Shown piece after piece: positions 27,071 to 42,000 of a stretch of 64,000 bases of DNA. Made by a program: the position numbers and the translations under genes. A model generated the notes under the pieces. That model worked only from the letters and a program-made list of their open reading frames with translations. It was not told where the DNA came from and did no database searches. The stretch comes from the human T2T-CHM13v2.0 reference genome, Homo sapiens. Where the stretch lies: assembly GCF_009914755.1 (NCBI RefSeq), contig NC_060925.1. One strand, 5' to 3'. Every line of letters begins with the position of its first letter. Position 1 is the stretch's first letter.

Positions 27071-27717
27071 TGCATTAATTTGCTATGGCTTCCATAACAA
27101 AGTACCACAAACTAGGTGGCTTAAAACAATGTAAATTTATTCTCTTACAGTTCCGGAGGCCAGGAATCTGAAATCAAGATGTTAGCAGGGCTGTGCTCCC
27201 TCTGGAGGCTCTAGAGGCAGATCTCTACTTGCGTCTTCCAGCTTCTGGTAGCTCCAGATATTCCTTGGCTGTGGCAGCATAATTCCAATTTCTGCCTCCA
27301 TCTTCTTGTGGCCATCTTCCCTCTATGTCTTGCTGTGTTTCTTCTCCTTTTATAGGGACACCAATCACATTGGATTAGGGTCTACCCTAATTCAGTATGA
27401 ATTCATCTTAACTTGATTACATCTGCAAAACCATATTTCTTTTTTTTTTTGCCTCAAAACATTCTTTAATACTATTCCCATTCACAAATAAATGAATTTA
27501 TTTGCCAAAGAGAAACTGAATTTCAAGTGCACAAACCAAGTCAGCCTTTATACCACTCTGAGTTCCTGAGTTATTATACAAATTAACAGAAGTTAGGTGC
27601 TATTTTTAACATAAACCTTCCATAAAAAAACCATATTTCTTAATAAGGTCAAATTCAAGGCACCAGAGATTAGGACTTTAACATATCTTTTTGGGGGCCA
27701 CAGTTCAACCCATAACA
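27071..27717 (-). mobile_element. MLT1B/C-type MaLR LTR interrupted by a retro-insertion
   Basis: Typical ataacaaagtaccacaaactaggtggcttaaaacaa...cacagttcaacccataaca. Confidence 0.85.
27442..27626 (-). pseudogene. 5'-truncated retrocopy of an unidentified transcript 3' end
   Basis: 15-bp TSD AAAACCATATTTCTT at 27427-27441 and 27627-27641; poly(A) tail; ATTAAA at 27470-27465; TT/AAGA endonuclease site. Confidence 0.75.
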
Positions 27718-29489
27718 GCAACTTCGAAAGAATTCCTGTGAAGCCCTTCACTTTTAGGTCAGTGTTATCCACTTTTTATTTCCAATATTCACAAATATAT
27801 AATTTGTAGATTTTTACATTAAAAATTGCTGCTATCTTAATCTTTACTGTATTCACTACTAGGAATCATGCTATTTTAATTACCAACATGTCTTATTAAT
27901 CTATTGTTATAACATTTCCAGTAATATGACATGCGTCTTAATGTAGCATCTTCACCATTTGATTAACTTATTTCTGTTGCTAATACCCTCATTATTCCAG
28001 ATCCTTGGGCTTGTCATCATCACTGATCCCTCTGTTTCCCTTGATACATGTATCCATTACTAAGCCCTCTTAACTGCCTCATTACAGTATCCTCTGCTTC
28101 CATTTCTTCCTTAATATCAATGCCATCCTCCTTTTGATTCCTTATGTCTAAACCATGATAATGGACTCCTAATTGATTTCTCTACTTTGGTCCCTTCTCA
28201 CAGTACCAGATTAATCTTCACGTCATTCCATTGATTAAAACCTTCCAATAGTATGTCTTTGCTTGAGAAATAAAATTCTTTAGCCTTAGAATTAGATGTT
28301 TGCTATGGAAATGCACCTCTAGTTATGGCAGCAGTGACAAAAGGATTCAGATTCCAGATTCTTTATAAGTATTGTGTAATGAAAAATTATATTGACATCA
28401 GTGAACACCATGCCCTCCAATATCCCCATCATCAAAGAAAAGTTAAATTTGGTCGCCACCTACTATCAAAGGTAGAAAATAGAAATCATTATAACTTAGA
28501 AATAAATTTAATAAATACTGATATAAAAGATCTCTTATTCATAGTCATGTTTAATATTTGGTGAGTATGAAATTGAGATTTGTTTGTTGCAAGAAATCTG
28601 GAAAATAAAGTTTAGGAAAAATAGTTCAAAAAATCATTGTAATCTCATCAACCTATTATCATTTTGAAGTACTTCTGCCTGCTCTCGAAGGAGAAAAAAC
28701 TTGCTAATGAAATGCTTCTGTTTTGGCCACTGGGTACCTCCCTTTTTTATTATCCCTAACCCATTTGTCTCAGCCTATCTTTTTTTTTTTTAACTGAGCC
28801 AGCCCATGCTCATTCTATGCCCAATATTTTTTACAAATCCTCTTCTTATGCTTGGGAGCTGGGTTTTAGAGGCTACCTCTTGCCAAACCCATCTTTAGAA
28901 GAATTGGGGTCTTAGAAAATTTCCAAAGCATCCCGAGTTTTACTGCAGCACCTGATAAAGGGAAAGAAAGTGGGGAGGATACCAACCAGCAGCACCTGTG
29001 AACCTTACAGAAGAGATCTTCTGGGAGTGGGGTGCAACAGCATCAGAGAGGAGGGTCATGCCCACTCCCCAGCAAAACCTACAGGTCTCCCCAGAAAGCC
29101 TGACCTTCTTTCTTGCTTCAAGGGAGCCAAGACCAACTTTGAACTCAACTATCCTGAGTAGAGAATCTGATGTCACCACCCTACGTTTTATGATCTTATC
29201 TGATGCAGTCCCTGAAATTGGCAAATTAAAGATTCCCTTAGCTTCAAACTTCATTGAGTCTTCCCTCCATTAAAGAAGAGAAGCCTGGGAATGGCTTGGA
29301 AATGCAAACAGCTGAATTTGAAGCTCTTAAAGGATAGAAGCAACTGGGGCAGAGCACCTGTGAGTGTTCCCCCACACCACATCCTGCAGACGAATTTACT
29401 GCTTTTGTGCTCTTCACTGCTGTGTCTCTCCCCTTACTTCCATCCGATTCTCATTCACTCCATCTTTTGCACGGGGAAAGCAGTTCAGG

Positions 29490-29854
29490 CGCTATGGACT
29501 AAATGTTTGTGTCTTCCCAAAATTCGTATGTTGAAACCTAATCCCCAATGTGATGGTATTTAGAGGTGGAGCCTTTGGAAGGTTATTAGGTCCTGAGGGT
29601 GGAGCTCTCTCTCATGAGTGAGATTAGTGTCTTAGAAGAGAGGCCCCAGAGAACTCCCTCCTCCCTTCTGTCATGTGAGGACACACAGGAAAATGGCCAT
29701 CTGTGAACCAGGAAACACTCATCAGACACCAAAAACTGTTAGCACCTTGGTCTTGGACTTTCCAGCCTACAGAACTGTGAGGAATAAGTTTCTTTTGTTT
29801 CTAAACTGCCTAGTTTATGGTATCTTGTTATAGCAGCCTGGATGGACTAAGGCA
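29490..29854 (+). mobile_element. MLT1A/A0-type MaLR LTR
   Basis: gctatggactaaatgtttgtgtc...atagcagcctggatggactaaggca. Confidence 0.8.
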
Positions 29855-32499
29855 TGAAACTACACCTACTGGGTTATTTCTCAAAGATGTTGCTGAGAAG
29901 AAACCTGAGCCCTTTAAGATTGTACACCTTTTACCTTCACATCTGTTAATTTCTAAAGAAGTTCTAGAGCCAGGGATTCCACTCCAGCCCTTGGTCATCC
30001 ATTCTGGAATTCTGGCACTGCCATGGTTGGGACCATTTGTAATTAAAGAAAAGAAGAAGCCAAATTTACTTTAAACACAATAAAGTCAGAATTGTTATTT
30101 TGCAAGTGGAATTAAAGGCAGGTTTTGTTTTTACAAGGAATATGCAAGTTAGTCGGTATGGTCAATGGGAGAAAATGTCTGATTGAGCAAAATGTGTTAC
30201 CATTTTAAGTAAATTAGGAAGCAATATGATGGAGAGAGTGTGTTAAAGTGGAAACACCTACAGCCCTTCCCACATCATTACACTCTCCTTTACAACACCT
30301 ACACACCCTCAGCCATCGTCCACTTCCTCTCCTCATACCTAGGACCAATGCATATCATTTCCTGACTCTAAATTCAGAAAATGCTGGGCCAAGGAAAATT
30401 CTCTGGAAATTCAATGGATGCTTGAGATGGCAGAATTGTTGAGACTCAACAAGGGTTTTGGGGCCAGGCTTTGTTATTCCCTGAAGCATGGGCCGTAAAG
30501 ATGGGGAGGGTCCAAGAGAGGATGGAGAACTGCAGAGAGGGGGATAAAGGACAGGAAGACAGTGAGGGAATGAGAGGGCTTCCACTTTGAAACACCTGAA
30601 TCTTTAGGCCACTTGCATAGTCAAAGGAGAACTTAGTGTCACTTAACATCATGGTAATGATACCATCCAGTCTCATGATTCTATTTTGCCTAGCACAGTT
30701 TTTTAAATCATTCAATAGAGACTATTAAATCTGTGTTGGAATTCAGTTGCATGGACTAGGGAAATAACCATAGGCTTGAAATTAGGCTATGGCCAGAATT
30801 TCAGTTGGATACGTCTAGTTAAAGTGATTCTTCAGGCCTTGTGAAAACTTGTTGTAGTTTCTGAGTCTGACATGGGGTGGCGCTCCTAAACCACTCTCTG
30901 TGCGCAAAACCTTTGAGCAGGAACTCAGGACATTGGAAGTGTCTGGGCCCTGGGCATGAACCTCAGTGGGGTAAGTCAGAAGAGAGCATGAGCTCCTGTT
31001 TGGCCCAACAAGTAAGACCTCTCTCCTTTCCTTCACCTTTCTTTTACATGTAACATTTGCTTCTCCTAATGCCCACAACATGCTGTTTCATTAAAGGGGG
31101 TTTTCATTTTTCTTAAGATGACTTAGCTGAAGTTATTTTTTGCATGATGGAAGTTAGGAAACATTAAAAAAAAAACTTTTTAAAAGGGCAAAATCATGCC
31201 ACGGGTTTGAATTCTCTCTTCTTGGTTGCTAAAATGAAATGAGGACTACTTTTCTGTGTCAGTCAAAAAAATTGTTTCTAGAGGGTTCTGCCTAAAGGTT
31301 CATGTCAACTCTTCATTCTGAACTCTAGAAGCCATTTTGACGTTAAATTCATAAAATGTGATAACAGAGGGAAAGGACTTTTTTAAAGCCATAGAATGCC
31401 AAAGAAATGTGACTTGTGATGACCGTCATTATAAAATTTACCTGGGCATGGGATTTGAGTTCTTTTAACTTGCTAAGGGTTTTCTCACTATCGTTTCACT
31501 CATTTTGGTCATCAATTCCCTCTTGAAAATGCTTGTTTTCCACTTCCTAATTTGCTGATGCTTATCCTTAATGGAGAGAATGAAGGTGAACAAGAGCTGA
31601 GTTGTTCTTCCTTCTCTCTGTTATCTGTCAAGATGACGTCCCTTCCTAAGCCGTGGAACTATCCTTTCTGTCTATCTGAATATTGGACAATAGCCTCTTC
31701 CCACTGAGAGAAAGAACCTCTGTGGCTCTCTTTAGCGTTTTCCTTCTGCCTCAACTGGCTCCAGACTTTGGCCTTACTAATACCTGTCCTCGCAGCCTAG
31801 GTCACATTGGATGTGACTGAGCTTCTTTCATTTTCTGCTACTTATAACTGGAGCTCACTTCGGAGCACCACATGCATCCACTTTGGTTTGTTTTGTGCTG
31901 ATCTACTTTCTTCCTTATTTTTCAATTATTTTGAAGGACTTCCTTCTCTCTTTAGACATGTCTCTAAGTTATATATCGCTCTTTTCTGGACTTAAACCAG
32001 CCTTCCTAAAGACCCAACTGACCACACAGAATCACCTTCTTTTGTGTTAATAAACTTCTAGACAACAATTTTTTTCCTACATTTCTCTCTCTCTCGAGGA
32101 TCAATATTTGTATTTAATTCTACTTCTCCAATTAGTTCTTTTTCTTTAAGTCCTCAACTGTTTATAGTAGCATTTTCCTTCATATTTCTGAGAGCCAAAC
32201 TTGTGAGCCAGGAGAAAAATATATGATTTTAAATGTAAAGACTTACCAATTCAAGTAAAGCTCCTAGCACACAGTTATCATCCATGAAATGAAAAGTATT
32301 ATTATTAGTTGAAGTTTTTCAATAAATTTAATTCAATACACTTTCAAATACACCTGCTTAATGCCAAACTCTGTACCGAAGGTGGCAAAAATTAATAAGC
32401 TATGATCCTGTTCCTTGAGAAGCTCAAAGATGAGGAAAGGAGACAGGTGTCTAAATTAACAACTAAAAAAAAATGTGACCCTTCTAATTAGGAATTTTT

Positions 32500-33882
<1,383 letters not shown>

Positions 33883-36800
33883 TAGGAAGAATGGCTATAA
33901 CAAGATGAGAGAAGACTCAAAAAGGTCTTTGTGGAATAATGACAGGTGTCCCTTCTCTTTTTAATATGGACTAGACACTGTTTTAAACCCTTTACATATA
34001 TTGTCTCTTAAAACAACTTTATGAAGTAACTACTATATCATCCTCCTCCTCATGCTAAAGGAAAGGCACATAGGGAGGTTCGGATTTGAACCCAGGCAGT
34101 CTAACATTCAGAGGTTGTGTTGTTGACCACTCTTCTGCTTCCAGCAGAGTTGATGAGGAGGGATAGAGCAGGAAGGGCATTCCAGGCAGGGGGACGGGGC
34201 TGTGCTAGTCATGGAAGCAAAAAACATGTGAAGGCTTCAACAAAGCCTGGTGAAGTGCAGCAGGGCACTCAGCCCGTCAGGACAGGAATGAGGGGACATT
34301 CTGGACTTCTCAGGGCTTTTGTTGCCTTAAACCTTTATTTTGAACATCAGAGCTGGCACACTGAGGGAAGACCCTGGCTCCTCATTGGAAAGGGACGTGC
34401 ATGTGGACGCTGCGCCATCCAGAGCAGTGGATGGTGAGATTTGCTCCTATGCATTCCATCCTCTGAGTGCCCAGCAGCTCCTATGTGGCTGCATCTGGCC
34501 TTTCACAGGATCACAGAAGAACGGTGGAAGTGAGAATGGTGTTTTCTCACAGCACTTGCCCACTCCTGGCCCTAGCCCCGAGGGCCCCAGTGGCCTCCAC
34601 ATCAGCCTCCTATCCCTGTGACCTAAGGCCTGGGCTCTCTGTGGACCTGGCTACCACTAGTGCAGGCAGCTCTTTGCTTGACAGTCCTAGATGTTCTGAG
34701 GTCCCTTACCTGCTCTTGCTTTAAACAAAGCCCCATTTCTTACAGTATTTCTAAGAGAATCATTCCAGGGGTGTATCTGTGTGTACGTGCTCCTCACAGG
34801 TAAGCAAGGGAAGATAACAGAGCAGGGCGTGGGGTGAAAGGAAAGAGCTTCTTCACCTTGTCCAGAACCTCATTCTGCCCGCAGCCTGTGTACCTGTGTC
34901 CATGTCCCTGGAGATTTCTCCTCCCTTAGTTCCCATGGGAGAGGTGTTTCTGAACCAAGCAGACGCTTCCTAAGTGTGTGATTTCAAGCCTGAGACAGCC
35001 AGGCTGAGAGAGGCTGGCATTTATAACTAGATTCAGCTGCCTGTTATGGCTATAATGGGCTTTCAGAGACCAGATGGCGGCCCCATTGGCCAACCTGCAT
35101 CTGGCTGAGAATGCAGGGAGGCACGTAGCTGGCTGGGGTGCAGGAGATGTCCCTTTGGGGAAAGTGACGACAACAGGAATTTAAAGGAGTGTTTATGCCA
35201 CATTCTGCATGTGTCTGAGATACTCATCTCCACTCCTGGCAAGCTGCCTTCCTCCTCCCATCTTCTCCCTGACCCCAGTGCACAAAGACCAAAGCTCAAA
35301 CCAAATATCCGACTCCAGTGCCTCTGATTTCTGTTTCCCTGTCTGTGATGGCAGAATACAGGGCTTTCCTTAGAGAAAACTTGCAAAACTTCCAGTTAAA
35401 CTTAGTCAACATATGTGCTCTAAGTCTGACAATCAGTGTACTCACAGGGATGGCCTTTGGTCCAACAAACAACTTAAAACACCAGATCCACTTCCCGTTG
35501 ACCACGGAGATATTGAGAATATCTTGGAAGTCATCGAGCCACATGCAGTCAGAGACATGCAGGTATCCTATATAATCTGACATGTGGAAACCAGGTTTGG
35601 AATGTATTTTCAGGAATGTACCTATTGTGAGGAGCCACAGATTTTCAGAGTAGTGAGATACTTTAGCATTCCTGTCCTGTTGACCTCATTTTCTGGGAGA
35701 CGAACTGAGATGCAGACATATAAAATGACCTGCCCACAGTGACTCGGTTGAAACCAGTGCTAGGATCAAAATCCAGATTTCCAGCTCATCACTTGGTATT
35801 TTTTTTTTTTTTTTTTTACCCAAAGCACACCTAAACTTGCACTTTCCCCTCCAGCTGCTATGATAGGCAGGCTATGGCAGACGGACTACAGTCACTGGGA
35901 GAGAATAATATGCTATTAAAACCAGGAATACTTTTGAACATACATTCATTCAACAAACCAGTATTGAATACTTATTACATGCAATCCATGGCCGCCCAGT
36001 CTGCCTGGGCTTTGCAACTTGGTTCTCCGTAGTCTCTTTTGTCCTGGAGAAAGCCAAGCCTAGTTTCAAACAGAATCAGTACCAGAGACATTGTACTGCA
36101 GACATCTACATCTTGTTGTCGTACAGTGTTTGGATTTGGCCCCCGTCTATGTTTCTGACGCCTGTTATTATCTATCGATGCCTATCCTCCTATTTATTAC
36201 ATAGATTTTCTATAATTTAACACATACTCTAGAACCCTGGTTGGTATTCCTGATGGTTGCCTTCCCGTTTCCTGCATTCTTAGATACTGCTTGCTTGCTC
36301 TGCCATTTCCGTTCTGTCTTTCATTTCCTGGATAGGCATCCTGCTTCCCATCCAACCCAACACTAATTAACTACCTGTTCCTCCCATGACCCTTTACTTC
36401 ACAGATACATACCTGCCATATTTTTCTGGGCTCACCTAACTCTCAGGCCTGACATCTCAGAGTTTTCCATTTTGTTGCCACCCAATGCAAAATAGTACAT
36501 CCTTTTCTTGAGCTCAAGGAATATAAACCATGACCTGGATTGTCTCTGACTAAAACAGAACAGAGGGTTGTGCTTAGAAATAGGCAACCAAAAAATCATT
36601 TTGAGGCTGACCTACTTGGAAGCTGAAATTAAATGGCTGAGAAAAGTTTTGATTTCAAAACAATGATACAGGTTGATTGAAGAGGAGAATTAAATATTGG
36701 AGAGAAAGTTACTGTATCATACCAAATATTGCTCCAAATATCACTTTTAAAACTAATGGTTAAAAACTAGTAGTAATTGCTGATGTTTACTTGGTTCGAT

Positions 36801-37074
36801 AAAGTTGTTTTTATTTTTTTTAAAAAGAGTAGCAAATTCATGGTAAAATATCTTCTGGGCTTGAGCACAGGGTCCTCCACATATTCAGTACATAAGAATA
36901 GGTTATTTAACATGTGACTCTCACCTGTAGTAGTCTGTCCATCTAAATTTTTGTTCTTACTTTTGACAGGTGAATAACTCCTTGAAAATTTGCTCTTCAA
37001 AATGGAAGTGGCTGCAAATGCTAGATCCAATGAATGATGAGAGGCCTGTGAGGGAATCTATTCTGAACTCAGCC

Positions 37075-37393
37075 CAGTGGTTCCCAAACTTGGCTGCACA
37101 TTAGAATCACCTAGAGATCTTATTAAAATCCTGATGCCAAAGTCACACTGCATGCTAACTAAAGCAGAATGTCCCTGGGGTGGGGGCCAGGCATCAGTAT
37201 TTTGAAAAACACCTTAAGTATGTTAATACTTAATCATAATCACCTATAGGGGCTGTTTAGGCACAGGTCACGGGGTCTCATCTCCAGAGTTTCTAATTCA
37301 GTAGGTCTGGAGTGGGGCCCAGAAAATTGCATTTCTAACAAGCTCTCAGATGATACTGATGCTGATCTGGGGCCTCTACTTTGAAGATCACTG
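37075..37393. mobile_element. MER5A/B hAT-Charlie fragments
   Basis: cagtggttcccaaact...agaatcacct and tttgaagatcactg termini. Confidence 0.7.
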
Positions 37394-39871
37394 GGCACCC
37401 TATATATCCAAAGCAATGGCCCTTATTATGTATAACATTATAGTTATCAGAAAGTTAACAAATGAACTCTGCCCAGAATTTACATCTATCTTTATAATAT
37501 TTTGATGCTGAATCTCTTTTTGTATAAAAAATGAGTGGTCATACATCTTACCTGTTTTGTCTCTGTGAGGCAGTAATCAATATACATGCTCCTTAAAGGA
37601 AAACTTAGAATTGAGCTTTCTCGTCTTGTGTGCATTTTCCCCTAGAGGCAAGAGATCTGTCATGCACTGGTATCAAAGACTGGTGTTTCTAACAACCAGT
37701 TTATTGCTCCTTAGGTAACAATGATGCATTTGTGCTGAGGAAAAATGCTTGTATTTTCTAAAACTAATATCTTATGTTTTCAAGCATCTTGATAGAGCTC
37801 ATGTTTTGGAGAGGTTATGGCTGGGTTATCCCTTGCTGGGAATTGTTTTCCTCTCCCCAGAGTGGTGGGAGTTGGGGAGGGAGACATCCATCAGGTCCAG
37901 GGAAAGTTTATCCATAGCTATTGCAATCTGAGCCCTGGAGATGCAGGGAAGTATTCCAGCTTAACTGGACTTTGATCTTTTTCTTTTTCTATTTTCGTAT
38001 TACTTGTAAACAGACTAGATCAAATTGATGGTATCCATCCTTCAATCACAGCCCATGGGTGATAAGAACAATACAGCCTGGAATTTATGGAGCAGGTCTG
38101 TGTTTTTTCTTTGACAGGCCAGAGCTACATCCTACTGGGCTGTTACCCATCAAGAGTTCAAACCAGGAGAGTTTCTGAAACCAAGCAGCAGCTTGGCCAA
38201 GCTGACCATTTTGATCAATGCAGCCTCTACTGATAGGGATTTGTAGAGATTAGGGGCTGGTGGGTCTCTTTCATGTTTTAAACGGTGCATCATTATTTTG
38301 TTTAACCTTCTCTAACCTTATTATTCAGGCCCCAGGGAAAAGAGAGTAGGAAAGTAAGTGGTTGAGGGAGAATGCTGAGTTCTCTGGTCCCTGCTCTGCC
38401 TCAGTTAATCCTGATAGGTTTGTCAGCGTGTTCTTGCTCTTATCCAGCTAGAAGGAAAGCAGGGGTCTATAAGAGTCACCAATATGGGGAACCAATGGGG
38501 GTTCTTGATAAAGTAGGAAAGGGGGTTCTAGTGTAGATTTTACTCAGAGATTCATGAGAGCTCTGTGATAAGATCTTATCCCGGCATTCAAAATCATGGA
38601 CAAACAACAAAGTGCAATTATGCTAGAGGGGCTGGTGGCCTGACCTGACTCAGTGCAGTCACAGGAAGTGGCACATTTTCATTTCACAAATAATTATTGA
38701 CCACCTACTCTGTGTCTGGCACCATGCTCAGCACACTATTACAAACATAAACTCTGTGTGGTGCCTCACCTTGTGAGGCTCATAGCCTTCAATTATTTGC
38801 CGCGTTTAGCTCTGTGCTCAAAAACACTCTCAGAAAAATTATCTAAAACTAGTAGAGGAGATTTGTGTTTGGGAAAAAAAGCCCACATTATTTCGCATTA
38901 TTTACCACATTGTCATGGCTGGTCTATTCCTTCTTTCCTTCCATGAGCATTCATTCTGCATCGAATGCATTTCAACACTGTGCTAGGTCCTAGAGATGAA
39001 CCGGATGCATTTCTGCTATTGAGGGGTGTACCGTTTGACCCATAGGTGAAGCTTACAACCACAAGCTCTTTAGGACTATTAGGACTTTACTGTTTTGTAG
39101 GTGGAATTTGCGAACTTTCTTTTTGGAGTAGGGCCACTGTCTAAAGGGAAGAGGAAGCATTTAGGTCTATTTTAACCAGGGTTAACTCTTCTGTTCCTAC
39201 TAGCAGCATCCCCACTCGTTTAGCCAATACCTTGCTTCTTGAGCCACACAGCTGGTTCCTTAGAAAATAAAAAGGTGGCCAAAAGCTACAGAAAAATTAG
39301 GCAGTGAAGGCAGCCGCTGTACCTCATCCAAACCCCCCAATACAATTACGCAAAAGGAATAACATGTAGACAATGAAATTGTGACATTAAGGACCATTCG
39401 AAGCATCATGAGGAATTGTTTTTATCTCTGGATAATCAATAATAATGTTTAGTTCTTGGAGTGGGTGGGGATAAGTGAAATGGAATAGTTTAGTTTGAGT
39501 CACAGTTCTTTTAGAAAAGCATACAATTCCTTAGAAAGCTCTCTATGTGTCCCACCCTGTCAGGGATGACTGTTCAGTGACAGTTTTACATAGAGATGCT
39601 GTGTGTGAACAGATACAACAGGAACCTAAACACACTGGGGAATCAGCTGCAATGAGATACTGTCTTGAGTCATATTTATTTTCTGGAAAATGATGTGGTG
39701 CTTAGATGGCTACTCAGCCTGTCTCCTAGACATGATGGCCAAAGACGGTACCTAAAGGTTGGCTTTGATTGTACTTACTTCTTTGTGTTTAGAAAACTAT
39801 TTCCCTGCTCAAAAATTTGTAAACCTCTATGTAGCTTATTAAATTAATAGGAGTCTTAACCTGGTATTCTT

Positions 39872-40177
39872 TTATTATTTTATTTTATTTTATTGAGATG
39901 GAGTTTTGCTCTTTCACCAGGTGCTGGAGTAAAGGAGTGAAGTGGCGTGATCTCAGCTCACTGCAACCTCCACCTCCTGTGTTCAAGTGATTATCCTGCC
40001 TTAGCCTCACCAATAGCTGGGATTATAGGCACCCGCCACCATGCCGAAATAATTTTTAGTAGAGACATGGTTTCTCCATGTTGGCCAGGCTGGTCTTGAA
40101 CTCCTGACCTCAGATGATCCACCCGCCTCGGCCTCCCAAAGTGCTAGGATTCCAGGTGTGAGCCACCGTGCCCAGTT
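39872..40177 (-). mobile_element. AluS (Sq/Sp-like)
   Basis: Alu with TTTTA-type tail; TSD CCT(G/A)GTATTCTT. Confidence 0.9.
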
Positions 40178-41044
40178 GGGCCTAGTATTCTTGACCCTCC
40201 CCTTTCATGAACATTTTCCTGAACAGTATTTTCTCTCATTGTTTCTGGTTGTATAACAAAGTTAGACTTTCTATGATTCTCAGGTCTACTTACCGTTATT
40301 ATCATGATCACAATGGAGCCTGAGAGCAATGGAATCCTGAGGGCATACTTTTAGGAATTTAATAATATATGAAATCCTGTGGTATAATCATGATTTCATA
40401 TTTGCATGATGTCTGGAATGTAATAAGGTAATCACAGATAAGCTACAAACACCCAGACTAATTGGGGTCATGGAGTCTGACCATGCTCCTGTGGTAACAA
40501 TGGAGCTTTCTCTAAAAATAATTGGTGTTACCAAAGGCCAGTCATCCTGAGAAAGTGTCAGGGCTTACTATGTAATTTGCAGACACAGTGCAAAATGGAA
40601 AGGTGGGCCCTGACCAGGAATGGGGGAATCAATCTCTCCTTGCTATGGCCCATGGCCCTAAACTCTGGTGGGCAGGAAGACACCATGGGATGTGGTGAGA
40701 GCTCCTCTTCCCGCCCCCAATCCCTTGCCACTCATCCCCAGTCACCTGCCAAGTGCTCTTTGGTACTGCCAGTCCAGGTGTGGTTGGATGACTGCTGCCC
40801 TGCTCCAGCCAAGACATTCACTCAGCTCTCTTCTTTCCCATGCTCAGGAGCCCTGGGGACAAAGGGCAATGACAGAATGAATGCTGACCCCCTGCCTAAG
40901 TAATGCAGTCATCCTAGGCAGAGGACAGTCAGGGGACTGCTATGAGGAGGGGGAGGCCTAGAACCTGTCCCGGGGAGGTGGGGAGGTGACAGGCAGCAGG
41001 ACCTCAGAGCTTCAAACCCCTGGCACATGTTCCCCTGTCCTGTG

Positions 41045-41194
41045 GGATTTCACTTACAAAACACAAATTAAAAGATAAAATTATTAAGAATTTCAAGTTG
41101 GTGACCACAGAGCACTAAGTCTGAAGTGTGGGATCTTTCTGAGCATAGGACCCCGTGAGACTTCACCAATCACATACCCATGACACCAGCCCTG
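41045..41194 (-). mobile_element. MER91-like hAT-Tip100 element
   Basis: Reverse strand reads cagggctggtgtcatggg...cttgaaattcttaataattt. Confidence 0.6.
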
Positions 41195-41749
41195 AAAGGA
41201 GTTAATCTTGGGACAGAAATAGGTAGGCTGGACTTCCTCTTCTTTTTGGGCCAGAATTAGGTCAGATCTAGACTCTAGGGTATTGGGAAGCCTGTAATGA
41301 CTTTCATTGTATGGTGGGAGGACAAGGAGGGAGGCAGGTTGACATCGTTAAGAGACCCTTAGACACATCTAAGCTTATGCTATAGTTAGGCAAACCTAGG
41401 CTGTGCTTGTGATGGCATGACCCAGAGGGAAGGAGTGTTCTCTCCCTGACAGAATAGGGTCTGGGTGGTGCTGGTTTAAGTAGGCCCCCAGCAAGGGGTA
41501 GTGTAAGGTCCCCACTTTTCGGCAGTTGTGCTTGCAGCATCAGCAGTGCAGAGATGCATCTGGGGCAGCTATTGTAGCCTCCTGCAGACCCCAGGGATTA
41601 CATGTGCATCTTGGCTCCATGTTTGCACTGGGAAAGTAGCTAGAAATGATCTTGTTACACATGCCAGTAAGCACACAGAGAGATTTGGAGACCTCAGGGA
41701 AGGGGAGCTCTGGGTAAAATCTGGACTTCTTGTTAGTCTTGGCAGATCA

Positions 41750-42000
41750 GTAATGATAGCTAACACTCATGAGTGCTCATTATGTTCCAGAGTATTTTAT
41801 GCATTCAAAGAGTATTTTATGCATTCACCCCATCCTATAGGATAGGACTATTGTTTTCCTCATTTTACAGATGGGCAAACTGAGCTATAGAAAGGTAACT
41901 TGCCCAGAGGTCACATAGTTTGTAAGTGATGGAGTCAGGATCTGGCTAAGACATCCTGGCTCCAAAGCCTGTACTCTTAACCACTCTTCTATACTGCCCT
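41750..42000 (-). mobile_element. MIR containing a 20-bp tandem duplication (41789-41827)
   Basis: cattttacagatgggcaaactgag core; AGAGTATTTTATGCATTCA occurs twice. Confidence 0.7.

Noticed and set aside
28940-29273. Three overlapping 63-104 aa ORFs in non-repeat sequence
   Set aside because: No recognisable homology, splice structure or retrocopy hallmarks; a BLASTX search would settle it.
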